From Bacteroidales bacterium (GTDB taxonomy: Bacteria > Bacteroidota > Bacteroidia > Bacteroidales > UBA4417), in contig JBBRYZ010000001.1 of the NCBI GenBank assembly GCA_038237165.1, positions 30,199-94,198 of the forward strand: DNA of 64,000 bases, given 5' to 3'. Positions 47,009 through 56,575 of this stretch are shown here, piece after piece. The notes beneath the pieces were generated by a model. That model had not been told where the DNA came from, searched no databases, and was given only the letters and a program-made list of their open reading frames with translations. The position numbers and the translations under genes were made by a program. The first letter of the stretch is position 1. Each line of letters opens with the position of its first letter.

Positions 47009-47043
47009 GGGTGGGTTAGTTATAAGTTAATGGTCATTCTATT

Positions 47044-47223
47044 GTTTCAGAGTTTCAATGTTTCATTGCGCTTCGCGCGTTTCAGGTTCCAAGGGCCAAG
47101 TTTAAATTCATAGTCATGTAGTTGTTTGGTCATCCGGTTTTCGATCTAGAGTTCTTTGCAATTCTGAAACATGAAACCTGAAACTATCCAATCCATAACC
47201 CATAGAACCTAACCCCCAATCCC
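47044..47223. repeat. Period-9 repeat element with inverted arms (array B), intercistronic
   Basis: Left arm gtttcagag tttcaatgt ttcattgcg cttcgcgcg tttcaggtt (47044-47088). Right arm ctgaaacat gaaacctga aac... (from 47164), followed by ccaatccat aacccatag... up to 47223. Confidence 0.75.
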
Positions 47224-48729
47224 TTACAAATCATGCCCGCTATACGACAAGTTAAAACTCTTGTTGCAAATCGGAAAATCTGAAATTTCATTGTTCCTTA
47301 CCGAAAGTGCAAGCGCCAGCCAGTTGTGGAACGAAGGATCTTTTATTTTATAGATTATCAATTCACCGTTTGCACCGGTAATGGCACAATGGCAGATTTC
47401 ACCGCGCCATCCTTCTACCAGCGAAAGTGTAAATAATCCGGCTCGCGGACTGTTCAATACAGGTTTTTCTTTTGATGTTTCAGCCAGAGGAATTTCAGCC
47501 ATCAGGGCACGCAGGTATTTCATGGATTGAAAAACTTCTTTTTTTCGAATCTGAACCCTGGAATACACATCGCCATGATGCTTTATTACAGGCTCGTGAT
47601 TGAGTTCAGCATACAAGCAATGCGGATGTGATAAGCGGGTATCTCTCATCACGCCCGAAGCCTTGGCGGCCATCCCGACCGCACCAATCTTCGCAGCATC
47701 TTCAAAAGAGACCACCCCGGTGCGTTCGAAACGCGACAATGCGCTTGGCAGATTGGAAAGTTCCTTGTTCATCTCGGTAAAGTCAGGTTCAAAGGTGTCG
47801 AGAACCTGCAAAAGCCTGTCAGCCAGAGCCTGGGAAAATGGAAACTTATTCTCCATTGGTCTGATCAACCCTTTCGACAAGCGGTTACCGCACCATTCCT
47901 GCAGAAAATTAACGATGGGTGTGCGAAGTCTGCCAAAAACGGAACTGCCAAGCTGGTAAGCGATATCGGTGCAAACCGCACTCAGATCGCCGGTGTGTAT
48001 GGCTATCCTTTCAAGTTCAAGCGCAACAGTGCGGGAAAAGTTGATATCGCGCGTTGTTTCGAAGCCACACAAGCTTTCCCACACATGGGCAAAAGCCGTT
48101 GATTGACCAACAGCAGTATCACCAGTGATACCTTCGGCTAAGGTAGCCAACTGGTTAAGATGTTTCTTTTCCAGGAATAATTTTTCAATTCCTCTATGCT
48201 GATAGCCCAGTTGAATTTCGAGATGCAGAATCTGTTCGCCATTACATATAAACCTGAAATGACCCGGTTCAATAATTCCGGCATGTATTGGCCCCACTCC
48301 TACTTCGTGAAGTTCCTCACTGTCGATCGAATAAAACGGATAATTGGCAATAGTCTGACTTTTATCAAAACGATCATAAGAATACCGCACCGGTTTCAGC
48401 CAGGGATGATCCGAATATTTTATCCCAAAGTTCTCATGGATTTCGCGCTCAAACTTTTCGAAACAGAGATTCTTTGCCGTAAAAGAAGGATGCTCCTCTT
48501 TATCATCAATCAAACAAGAAGAAACATAAATCAGATGATCAGCATCATCGGCTATACAGCAGATCAACTTAGTTGAATCACCTTCCTGATACCCGAAATA
48601 ATTCACACAATGCCTTTCGGGCTTCTCAGCCACCATTCCCGTATTCAGTATAAGGAAAGCGCTATACGAAATCTCAGGAATATCTGAAACGGGGACGGAC
48701 TGATTGTTTTTTATCGATAGATAGTGCAT
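47224..48729 (-). CDS. Group-4 [NiFe]-hydrogenase-like large subunit fused to NuoC-like domain (HycE/HyfG/NuoCD-like), lacking NiFe cysteines
   Basis: GPIHAGIIEPGHFRF and LGYQHRGIEK are typical of HycE/NuoD. Where the N-terminal CxxC would sit the sequence is GITGDTAVGQS, and the C-terminus is SFNLSYSGHDL in place of DPCxxCxxR. The ORF is open to 48807, but that extension reads through repeat array C, so the ATG at 48729 is preferred. Confidence 0.8.
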   Translation of the reverse strand: MHYLSIKNNQSVPVSDIPEISYSAFLILNTGMVAEKPERHCVNYFGYQEGDSTKLICCIADDADHLIYVSSCLIDDKEEHPSFTAKNLCFEKFEREIHENFGIKYSDHPWLKPVRYSYDRFDKSQTIANYPFYSIDSEELHEVGVGPIHAGIIEPGHFRFICNGEQILHLEIQLGYQHRGIEKLFLEKKHLNQLATLAEGITGDTAVGQSTAFAHVWESLCGFETTRDINFSRTVALELERIAIHTGDLSAVCTDIAYQLGSSVFGRLRTPIVNFLQEWCGNRLSKGLIRPMENKFPFSQALADRLLQVLDTFEPDFTEMNKELSNLPSALSRFERTGVVSFEDAAKIGAVGMAAKASGVMRDTRLSHPHCLYAELNHEPVIKHHGDVYSRVQIRKKEVFQSMKYLRALMAEIPLAETSKEKPVLNSPRAGLFTLSLVEGWRGEICHCAITGANGELIIYKIKDPSFHNWLALALSVRNNEISDFPICNKSFNLSYSGHDL

Positions 48730-48758
48730 GGAAATTTTAATGGTTAATAAATTGTTTC

Positions 48759-48967
48759 GGGTTTGAAGAGTTTGAAGAGTTTCTATTGTCAAATAGTGGT
48801 CATACAATTGTCATACGGTTGTCATACGGTTGCAGCTCTGACATTGAAAATCTTAAACTCTTCAAACATTTCAAACTCTTCAAACATTTCAAACCCTTCA
48901 AACATTTCAAACTCTTCAAACTCTTCAAACATTTCAAACTCTTCAAACATTTCGAACTCTTCAACTT
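48759..48967. repeat. Period-9 repeat element with inverted arms (array C), intercistronic
   Basis: Left arm gggtttgaagagtttgaagagtttc (48759-48783). The spacer contains 3x an 11-mer gtcatac(a/g)(a/g)tt (48799-48831). The right arm has ~12 nonamers aaac(t/a)(c/t)ttc (48855-48967), complementary to the left arm. Confidence 0.9.
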
Positions 48968-50394
48968 CACATCGGCAACAAAGCCACACTCTCCTTAAGC
49001 ATTTGCACAAAAATTGCAGGCGGATTTAATCCAAGATAAACTGCCGTTGCAAGTAAAATAAACTGCGAAAGTGATTCCCAAGGACTTATTTTTACCACCT
49101 GCGAATCATCAAATCCAACTGCCGGAACAAAAAGCACTTTGAACATATTTTTTCCAAAAGCCCATATTATCATGGTTAACAGTAAAAGAACTGCAATCAA
49201 CAGGAGAAATTGTCTTGCATCGAAAATGGATTTAAAGATCAGAAACTCACTCACAAACAATCCGGAGGGAGGCATAGCTGTGGCGCTCATAAATCCCAGA
49301 AGCAATACCATGGCGCCTGTCGGGTTGTATTTAAAGTAATTACCGATGTGGTAAATGCTCTTGTTTTGAAAAACAGTGTAAAGTTGGTTAAACTGGAAGA
49401 ACAGGCTGGATTTCACAAATGCATGCAGTATAATATGCAGAATGGCAGCGTAATAGCCAATCCCGCCGGCAGCCACGCCAAGCATAACAATACCCATATG
49501 CTCTATACTGGAATAGGCAAACATACGCTTGATATTTTTTACTTTCAGCATATACACCGTGGACACAAAAATAGAAAGGAATGCTGCCGAACCGATTACC
49601 AGTTGAGCCCAATGCAGAACCGGAGTATTTGCCAGAACAATGTAGAAGCGAAAAATACCGACAAAGCCAAGGTTCATTAATATTGTGGAAAACAATGCGC
49701 CAGCAGGTGCAGGAGCCTTATCCTTGGCATCAATGCCGGCAGTAAACATGGGAACCAATCCGAGTTTGGCGGTAAATCCTGTAAAAATGAACAGGAAAGC
49801 CATCCTTAGCCAGACCGGGTTAAGCTCAGCTCTGCGGGCCAAAAGGTTACTGAATGAAAGGTCATCGGAACCCGCGTGTTGTAGTGAAAGACTCAGAAAA
49901 AGAATCCCTATAAAAATAAAAGTAATGCTGATGGCACAGATGAAAACATATTTCCAGGTACCTTCGAGCGCCAGTTTATTGCGGTGATGATAAATAAGGG
50001 CAGAAGCGCTAAGAGTGGTAATTTCGGTAAAAATCCATGTCACGGCAATATGGTTGGAGAGGTAACCCGCGCTGATAGCCATGATCAGCAATACTATTGC
50101 CGTTAGGTAAATGGCCCTTGTGTGCGGGCTTTCATGATGGTTTTCAATATAAATGTAACTGTGGATCATAGCAGGCACGGCTATAATACTAGCGGTTATC
50201 AGCAATATGACACCAAGAGAGTCGAAAGTAAAATAGATAAGTTCCGTACTTCGGTAATGCAGGCAGGCGTATATGGTTATGAGCCATTGCAGCACCAGGA
50301 ACAAGCCTGCCAGCGCATATACAAGCAATTTGTTCCTGCTGAAAAACAGGATTATGGCAATGGCAATTGAGCCCAACAGATAAATTCCAATCAT
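48967..50394 (-). CDS. NuoN/NuoM/HyfF-like proton-conducting antiporter-type subunit
   Basis: 475-aa polytopic ORF with Mrp/NuoN-type motifs (the FTGFTAKLGLVPMF region and SSIEHMG). Confidence 0.8.
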   Translation of the reverse strand: MIGIYLLGSIAIAIILFFSRNKLLVYALAGLFLVLQWLITIYACLHYRSTELIYFTFDSLGVILLITASIIAVPAMIHSYIYIENHHESPHTRAIYLTAIVLLIMAISAGYLSNHIAVTWIFTEITTLSASALIYHHRNKLALEGTWKYVFICAISITFIFIGILFLSLSLQHAGSDDLSFSNLLARRAELNPVWLRMAFLFIFTGFTAKLGLVPMFTAGIDAKDKAPAPAGALFSTILMNLGFVGIFRFYIVLANTPVLHWAQLVIGSAAFLSIFVSTVYMLKVKNIKRMFAYSSIEHMGIVMLGVAAGGIGYYAAILHIILHAFVKSSLFFQFNQLYTVFQNKSIYHIGNYFKYNPTGAMVLLLGFMSATAMPPSGLFVSEFLIFKSIFDARQFLLLIAVLLLLTMIIWAFGKNMFKVLFVPAVGFDDSQVVKISPWESLSQFILLATAVYLGLNPPAIFVQMLKESVALLPM

Positions 50395-50412
50395 CAGTTT
50401 CCTTTTTCCCGG

Positions 50413-51045
50413 TTAATAATCTTTTAAGTTACTCAGCTGATCCACATCCACATCTTTAAACACATCACCTATCTTATTCAGGAATATTCCAAGGATAAGC
50501 ACACTGGCGAATATATCGAGCATTATTCCCAGGTTGACAAGCATTGGCATTTCGTTGCCTATAGCCAGTGAAAGCACGAAAACGCCGTTCTCAATCACCA
50601 TATAACCCATAACGTGAGTGATAATCTTTCGCCGTGTTGCAATCAGATAAAGCCCAAAAAACAAGGTTGACAGCGCCACTACAAAAAATATCTTATCGAG
50701 GTGGTCATCCTTTATGGTATTGGATATCAGTATGGTGATTACAACGATGAATGTGGTGATTACAAGCGATACAAAATTCGGAAGGAACGGCTCTGCTTCG
50801 CGGGTAATGTTATTCCGCTTAAGCAGATAACCAAGAAAAATTGGTACCGCCAGCGATTTAAACACAATGGTTTCGAGAAGGATAAGCACCAGGTTGAGAG
50901 TGTTGATTTCACTGAGCTGAAGAAAGACCACGAAAAACAGAATAACTCCCTGGAGTGCCAGCACTTTTATATAGGTCATCATCCGATTGGCAATGGCCAT
51001 ATAAAAAAGAGTTATTATGAAAGTGATTAAAAGAACATGTATCAT
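50413..51045 (-). CDS. HyfE/NuoK-like membrane subunit
   Basis: 210-aa hydrophobic ORF, in the position and of the size of hydrogenase-4 component E. Confidence 0.65.
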   Translation of the reverse strand: MIHVLLITFIITLFYMAIANRMMTYIKVLALQGVILFFVVFLQLSEINTLNLVLILLETIVFKSLAVPIFLGYLLKRNNITREAEPFLPNFVSLVITTFIVVITILISNTIKDDHLDKIFFVVALSTLFFGLYLIATRRKIITHVMGYMVIENGVFVLSLAIGNEMPMLVNLGIMLDIFASVLILGIFLNKIGDVFKDVDVDQLSNLKDY

Positions 51046-51069
51046 TGTATCAAACGGTTTTTAAACATT

Positions 51070-51975
51070 TTACATGAATTTCTGAAGTATCAGCAATACG
51101 CCGAAAAAGATCAGCAGGCTCACGGAGGTGAGCGCCACTATAAACTGCGGATTGTGGCTCATACGGAACCTCGCCATAAAGGATTCGATTATTCCGATAG
51201 CCACTGCCATCGAGAACTGTATCGCAAAAAACGAAGGAATTGCATATTGGATTGGTATTACGCCTATAAAAAGATTTACAATCAAAGCGCCGTAAATAGC
51301 AAACTTAAGGTAACCTGCGGTGAATATGAGCCCAAGGTCGAAACCACTGTTATCCAGAATCATAACCTCATGGATCATAGTAAGCTCGAGATGAGTTTTT
51401 GGATCATCAATCGGCATGCGGCTGCTCTCGATCATGGCAATCATAAGCAATACAAATGTGGCTAAAGCCGCCAGCGCATAACTTATCTGGGAACCGATAT
51501 GGAGCGCTGCAAATATTTCCTGGAACGAGGTATGCCCCGATAGCAATGCCAGCGAACCCATCAGAATAAAAAACGCAGGCTCGGCAAACATGGAATATAA
51601 AGCTTCGCGGCTGGCACCCATTCCTTCGAAACTGCTGCCGGTATCCATGGCTGCAATAATCGAGAAAAACTTACCAAGTGCCAAAACATAAGCGAAAAAG
51701 ATAAAGTCGCCGTTAAAACTCAGCACACCACGCGATTCGCCGAAAGGCACTACCAGCATAGCCATCACTACCGACGCAAAGTAAATGGTAGGCGCAATCT
51801 GAAACACAAAACTGGTGGTTTCGCTGTACACTACGCCTTTGCGGAACAAACGCACCACATCGCGCACAGGCTGCAGTATTCCCGGGCCTTTACGACCCGA
51901 TGCCAGGCTTTTGGTACGGATAATTATCCCCGTAAAAAAGATGGCAGCTATAACAATCAACAGTACACTCAGCAT
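51070..51975 (-). CDS. NuoH/HyfC/HycD-like membrane subunit
   Basis: 301-aa ORF. An N-terminal R.KGPG..QP..D..K motif (GRKGPGILQPVRDVVRLFRKG) and later FAEPAFF are typical of the NuoH/HycD family. Confidence 0.8.
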   Translation of the reverse strand: MLSVLLIVIAAIFFTGIIIRTKSLASGRKGPGILQPVRDVVRLFRKGVVYSETTSFVFQIAPTIYFASVVMAMLVVPFGESRGVLSFNGDFIFFAYVLALGKFFSIIAAMDTGSSFEGMGASREALYSMFAEPAFFILMGSLALLSGHTSFQEIFAALHIGSQISYALAALATFVLLMIAMIESSRMPIDDPKTHLELTMIHEVMILDNSGFDLGLIFTAGYLKFAIYGALIVNLFIGVIPIQYAIPSFFAIQFSMAVAIGIIESFMARFRMSHNPQFIVALTSVSLLIFFGVLLILQKFM

Positions 51976-51976
51976 G

Positions 51977-54004
51977 TTATAATTGGTTTAAAAATTCGAT
52001 GAATGATTGTATGTTCTGATAGATAATCGGTATACTCATAACGGCAAGGATAAAAAGTACGCCGTACAGGATATACATCTGAAGTTTCCCGTTGTTCAGA
52101 AATGTAAAGCGCCCCATAAAATGCTTATCGAGCTTCAGAGGACTGTCAATCAGCCATTTTTCAAGTTTATCGTAAGGATGTGTATGGTAATTAGCTCCGG
52201 AAGGAAATATACCTTTAACCTCCTCTTCATGTTTCCCGATTAAAAGAAATGTTCCAAATAATTTGCTGTATGTCCTAACAAAGGAACCGGCAGTATATTG
52301 TATTTTGGATGTTGGCGCAATATAGCCGCAACCCCAGGTTGGACCTGTTTCAATTTTGCGATGACTTAGAGCGAATTTTCTAACAGCAAACATACCGGCA
52401 ACAAGTAAAATCATCATCCAGGCAGCCCAACTAATAGGTTGCAGCGCACTGAAAGCATTAAGTTGAACCTCATTTAAAGGCAAAGTAAGGGTGCCTGTAA
52501 GCAAACTGACCGGTTTTCCTAAAAGGTTAATAAATGCCATAGGGAAAAGCCCGATCAGCATAATAATTGCTGTCAGCAGATACATGGGCAGCAGTTGCAG
52601 GAAAGGAACTTCCCTGCACGATTCGGGCAAAGGAGACCTTTCAGTCCCAAGAAAAACTACACCAAAAGCTTTTGTGAAGCAAAGCATAGCCAATCCTCCT
52701 ATCATCACCAGCGCCATGATGGCAAAAATTGCGGCTATCAGCGAAACAAGTGTAGTATCACTCAGCCAGTTGTAGAAACCGGTGTATATGATGAATTCTG
52801 AAATAAAGCCGTTAAACGGGGGGATTCCGCAGATAGCAATAGCTGCGATAAGAAACAGCAACGCAGTCTGTGGCATTTTTTTGATTATCCCTCCAAGTTT
52901 TTCGATATCCATGGTATGCGTGGACTGGTAAACATTGCCGGCTGCATAAAACAACAGCGATTTGAAAAGCGAATGATTCAGCGTGTGCAACAAGGCGCCG
53001 GCAAATCCCAGCGTTGCCAGCACATGGTTCCCTGTACCAATCCCAACACATCCAAGTCCAATACCCATTCCGATAATACCAATATTTTCGATGCTGTGAT
53101 AGGCAAGCAGTTTTTTCAGGTTATGCTGAACAATAGCCAGCATTACACCATACAGTCCGGAAATGGTTGAAATCAGCAATATAATGTAACCCACTGTTAT
53201 AAAATCAGTTTTAATAAGGAGCAACATCCGCAGTATTCCAAAGATTCCTATTTTGATAATGACTCCCGACATAATTCCCGACACATGCGATGGTGAGGCA
53301 GGGTGCGCGTATGGCAGCCAGGTATGAAATGGAACAAAACCGGCTTTTATAGCAAAGCCAATAAAAAAGAAGAGGAAAAGCATTAATGATGCTGAAGCGG
53401 GAATCGATTCAGTATATGCTTTGATTGCCATGAAATCATAACTTCCTGTTTTCGATGCTACCCAGATAAAACCTATCATCAGGAATAATATGGAAAAATG
53501 AGCCTGTATCAGAAAATTGATGCCAGCTTTAATGGTTGAAATATGCTCGTGCTCGAAAATAATAACTATAAAGGACGAAAGCGCCATTATTTCCCAGGCA
53601 ATTAGAAATGCAAAACTATTCTGTATCACACATATACTTATCATTGCTGAATACTGCAACAGAAATGAAATGCTGTGAAGTGAAAGATTATTCTTCTGCT
53701 CTCGGTAGGCTTTCATGTAAAACAATCCATAAAAACCTCCTGTAACAAAAACCAGGTTAATGATCAGTATAAACCATCCCGACAAGGAATCGATGCGGAT
53801 TGGAATAGGACCGGTGATATAACTCCCTGGTAAGATAAAACTTACCGTATCGCCAAGCAGGCTATGCACGGCAAAATATCCGGAAATCAATGCATTGATC
53901 AATAGCAAGGCAAAAGTCAATATCCCTTTCGCATTCACTTTTAAAAAAGGAATGAGAAGCATACCTGCAAAAGGTATAAGGACAAATGCAATCACCAGGT
54001 TCAT
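51977..54004 (-). CDS. NuoL/HyfB-like antiporter-type subunit (copy 2)
   Basis: 675-aa polytopic ORF with WLPYAHPASPSHVSG, HSIENIG and the C-terminal GPTWGCGY extension seen in HyfB/HycC-type subunits. Confidence 0.8.
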   Translation of the reverse strand: MNLVIAFVLIPFAGMLLIPFLKVNAKGILTFALLLINALISGYFAVHSLLGDTVSFILPGSYITGPIPIRIDSLSGWFILIINLVFVTGGFYGLFYMKAYREQKNNLSLHSISFLLQYSAMISICVIQNSFAFLIAWEIMALSSFIVIIFEHEHISTIKAGINFLIQAHFSILFLMIGFIWVASKTGSYDFMAIKAYTESIPASASLMLFLFFFIGFAIKAGFVPFHTWLPYAHPASPSHVSGIMSGVIIKIGIFGILRMLLLIKTDFITVGYIILLISTISGLYGVMLAIVQHNLKKLLAYHSIENIGIIGMGIGLGCVGIGTGNHVLATLGFAGALLHTLNHSLFKSLLFYAAGNVYQSTHTMDIEKLGGIIKKMPQTALLFLIAAIAICGIPPFNGFISEFIIYTGFYNWLSDTTLVSLIAAIFAIMALVMIGGLAMLCFTKAFGVVFLGTERSPLPESCREVPFLQLLPMYLLTAIIMLIGLFPMAFINLLGKPVSLLTGTLTLPLNEVQLNAFSALQPISWAAWMMILLVAGMFAVRKFALSHRKIETGPTWGCGYIAPTSKIQYTAGSFVRTYSKLFGTFLLIGKHEEEVKGIFPSGANYHTHPYDKLEKWLIDSPLKLDKHFMGRFTFLNNGKLQMYILYGVLFILAVMSIPIIYQNIQSFIEFLNQL

Positions 54005-55992
54005 GATAAAATATTAAAAACGGTGAGGATAAACATGGCCAGGATAAAAACGATGCCGTATAAAACGTACGACTGTATTTTGCCATTTGTAACAAAACTG
54101 AAATAGTTGGCCGAATAGTTCAGTCTGTGCGTTATTGGGTTAATCAGTTTGCGTTCAATAATATCATGGTAATGTGATACATAAGAACGTTTTTCGGGAA
54201 AGATTTCCCCGGGTTTCAACTCTACATAATGCTTACTTTCTATCAGCATGAAGTTAAGTATTTTCCCAAGAGGTTTTGAAAATGATTTGGCAGTGTATTG
54301 TATCCGGCTTGTTCCTGCCACATAACCGCATCCCCAGGTAGGACCGTAACTTTCAACCCGATTCTTCATTACTTTTGATCTGACGAGCCAGGTCAGTGCT
54401 ATGATTCCGATAAGCAACAGCGAATACAAACTGACGTTAGTAACAGTTACAGCATATCCTGCAACAATGTCTGAGTTTGAACCAAGCGGATTTATATTTG
54501 TAAGCGCATTCCCAATAATTCCAAGATAAAACTGAGGAATAAAAGCCACGCTGAGCATAATTACAATAATCACATATTGAGGCACAAGCATTATTTTCGA
54601 AACCTCGTGAGGCTTATGTTGTAATTCAGTACGGGGCTGACCGAGAAAAATGGTTCCGAATGTTTTTGTAAAAGTAAGTACCGATAAACCACCAATAACA
54701 CTTAATCCGGCCAACGAAAGAATAAACAGCAAAATCTGGCTTAGGCTGTTGGCATGAATCCCTTCTATCAGACCATTATAAATAATAAATTCCGAAATAA
54801 AACCATTAAACGGTGGAAGCCCGCCTATAGCAACGGCTCCGATAAGGAATATGGCTGCTGTCCGGGGCATTGATTTTATCAGGCCACCCAGATGCTCCAT
54901 ATCGCGGGTATGGCATTGCTGGTAAACTGATCCCGCCGAATAAAACAGCAAGGATTTGAAAAGTGAATGATTAAGTACATGAAGCAACGCGCCGCCAAAT
55001 CCCAGGAAGTACATCACCGGCGAACCGTTTCCGATTCCTATCAGCCCGATTCCAATCCCTATTCCGATGATCCCGATATTTTCGATAGTACAATAGGCCA
55101 GCATCTTTTTAAAATCGCGGTGAACCGAGGCATTGAGTATGCCATATATTCCGGTAAGTACTGAAAGTGAAAGAATTATCTCACCCAGCAAAACATAATC
55201 TTTACTCAGAAATGTGATCATCCTGAATATCCCGTAAATACCCAGTTTTACAATTACGCCCGACATTACGCCCGAAATATGCGAAGGCGCCGCCGGGTGT
55301 GCATGTGGCAGCCAGCTGTGCAGCGGAATGAATCCTGCCTTCAATCCGAAACCGGCGAAAAACACAAGAAACAGCCAGATATTGTTATTTGATTGAAAAA
55401 AGCTGCGGATGGCTTCGAAACTGAATGAGCCGGTTGAGCTGTAAACCCATACAAAACCAATGGTCAGGAAAACAACGCTGATATGCATTTGCACCAGATA
55501 GTTAATTCCGGCTTTCAGGTTTTGTGTGTTATGTGAATCAAATATCACCAACAGCATCGAGGTTAGCGACATCACTTCCCAGGCAAGCAGAAAAGCGAAA
55601 CCGTTTTGCAACATGCAAACCCAAACCATAGCCAGATGAAACATAATGAAAAGTGCCCAGTGGAGAGTAAGCTTAGGTGCCGGATTCGTGTAAGCTCTGA
55701 GGTAACCGGTACCATAAAATACGCCTGTGAGTGAGGTGAAGTTGATAATCAGGATAAACCATGCCGATAACCCATCGATCCTGACAATGGTATCGCCCAT
55801 AAAATTACCGGTGAATATCGAAAATTCAACAACCTGTCCGCTCAGCGCGGGGAAAGCCAGCCAGGATGATATCAGTGCGTTAATCAGAACCGTGAGCGCA
55901 GCTGTATATGCTTTATAGGTCGAAGGGATAAAATAGAGCACAACTATGGCAAGCAGTGTAACTATCCAACTCACATTAACCATCTCAATCAT
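54001..55992 (-). CDS. NuoL/HyfB-like antiporter-type subunit (copy 1)
   Basis: 663-aa paralog of the downstream gene (WLPHAHPAAPSHISG, CTIENIG, GPTWGCGY). It overlaps that gene by 4 bp. Confidence 0.8.
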   Translation of the reverse strand: MIEMVNVSWIVTLLAIVVLYFIPSTYKAYTAALTVLINALISSWLAFPALSGQVVEFSIFTGNFMGDTIVRIDGLSAWFILIINFTSLTGVFYGTGYLRAYTNPAPKLTLHWALFIMFHLAMVWVCMLQNGFAFLLAWEVMSLTSMLLVIFDSHNTQNLKAGINYLVQMHISVVFLTIGFVWVYSSTGSFSFEAIRSFFQSNNNIWLFLVFFAGFGLKAGFIPLHSWLPHAHPAAPSHISGVMSGVIVKLGIYGIFRMITFLSKDYVLLGEIILSLSVLTGIYGILNASVHRDFKKMLAYCTIENIGIIGIGIGIGLIGIGNGSPVMYFLGFGGALLHVLNHSLFKSLLFYSAGSVYQQCHTRDMEHLGGLIKSMPRTAAIFLIGAVAIGGLPPFNGFISEFIIYNGLIEGIHANSLSQILLFILSLAGLSVIGGLSVLTFTKTFGTIFLGQPRTELQHKPHEVSKIMLVPQYVIIVIMLSVAFIPQFYLGIIGNALTNINPLGSNSDIVAGYAVTVTNVSLYSLLLIGIIALTWLVRSKVMKNRVESYGPTWGCGYVAGTSRIQYTAKSFSKPLGKILNFMLIESKHYVELKPGEIFPEKRSYVSHYHDIIERKLINPITHRLNYSANYFSFVTNGKIQSYVLYGIVFILAMFILTVFNILS

Positions 55993-56479
55993 AACAAGAA
56001 TTCTATGATCTTTTTTTGAAAGATGGCAAATTTAGGAAAAATATGCGGTTTGTTGCATCCTTAAGTTCCATTGATAGCTTAGGACAGTTGAAATGGTTTA
56101 GAAAAAATATTTTCCATGACACTCATTAACAGCCAACTAACATATACATTGCCGGCAATATGATAAATGCAACAGAAGTAAAAAATATTGATTCCAGATA
56201 CTGTATTCACATATCCGGTTAGTGTATGCATACTGGCAGGTTGTCTGATACCAACAATAAGAAAATTTGAAAATATGATGCATTATTATAGACTATTCAC
56301 TTTCAACTAACTAAAAATAGCCTGCTGTATATAAACCTATTACAAAGTCCATTTTTCTTCACTTCCAAGCTTTATCTTTACTCCGGTTAGTTCCAATTAG
56401 CGCGATAATTACCGTGTAAGTCTATTCACTTTTCATGCGAATCACGAATCCAAATCAAGCTTTATCTATCGGGGGAATT

Positions 56480-56512
56480 AACTTTTCCAGAGTATTAAAC
56501 TCTGGAAAAGTT
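56480..56512. promoter_or_regulatory. Perfect 14-bp inverted repeat (aacttttccagagt-attaa-actctggaaaagtt) in a divergent promoter region
   Basis: Read directly. It lies 64 bp upstream of the tcdA ATG and ~490 bp upstream of the Ehr-like operon start. No T-run follows on either side, so it is more operator-like than terminator-like. Confidence 0.45.
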
Positions 56513-56575
56513 CGGCTGGCACTATTCATTATTCACTATTCACTACCTTCGTCAGGTTTTAATAAAGCACTTTAT

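Noticed and set aside
48730-48807. The upstream ATG at 48807 as the start of the hydrogenase-like large subunit.
   Set aside because: The extra 26 codons (MYDHYLTIETLQTLQTRNNLLTIKIS) are translated from the left arm and spacer of repeat array C. The ATG at 48729 (MHYLSIKNN...) is more plausible. The longer form cannot be excluded without experimental data.
48759-48967. Nonamer arrays (also 57308-57566 and 59076-59217) and the 22-bp array (57666-57842) considered as CRISPR arrays.
   Set aside because: There are no unique spacers between repeats. The periods (9 and 22 bp) are far shorter than a CRISPR repeat plus spacer, and no cas genes are present in the window.
48763-49029. ORFs reading through the repeat arrays (48763..49029, 48786..48998, 48822..49010, 57309..57590, 57452..57658, 57484..57843, 58893..59168, 58903..59097, 32070..32393, 32272..32466).
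   Set aside because: Their translations are pure low-complexity periodic peptides (SNISNSSNI..., FEMFEEFEM..., FKCFAFK...) and are open in several frames and on both strands at once. This is the signature of tandem DNA repeats, not coding sequence.
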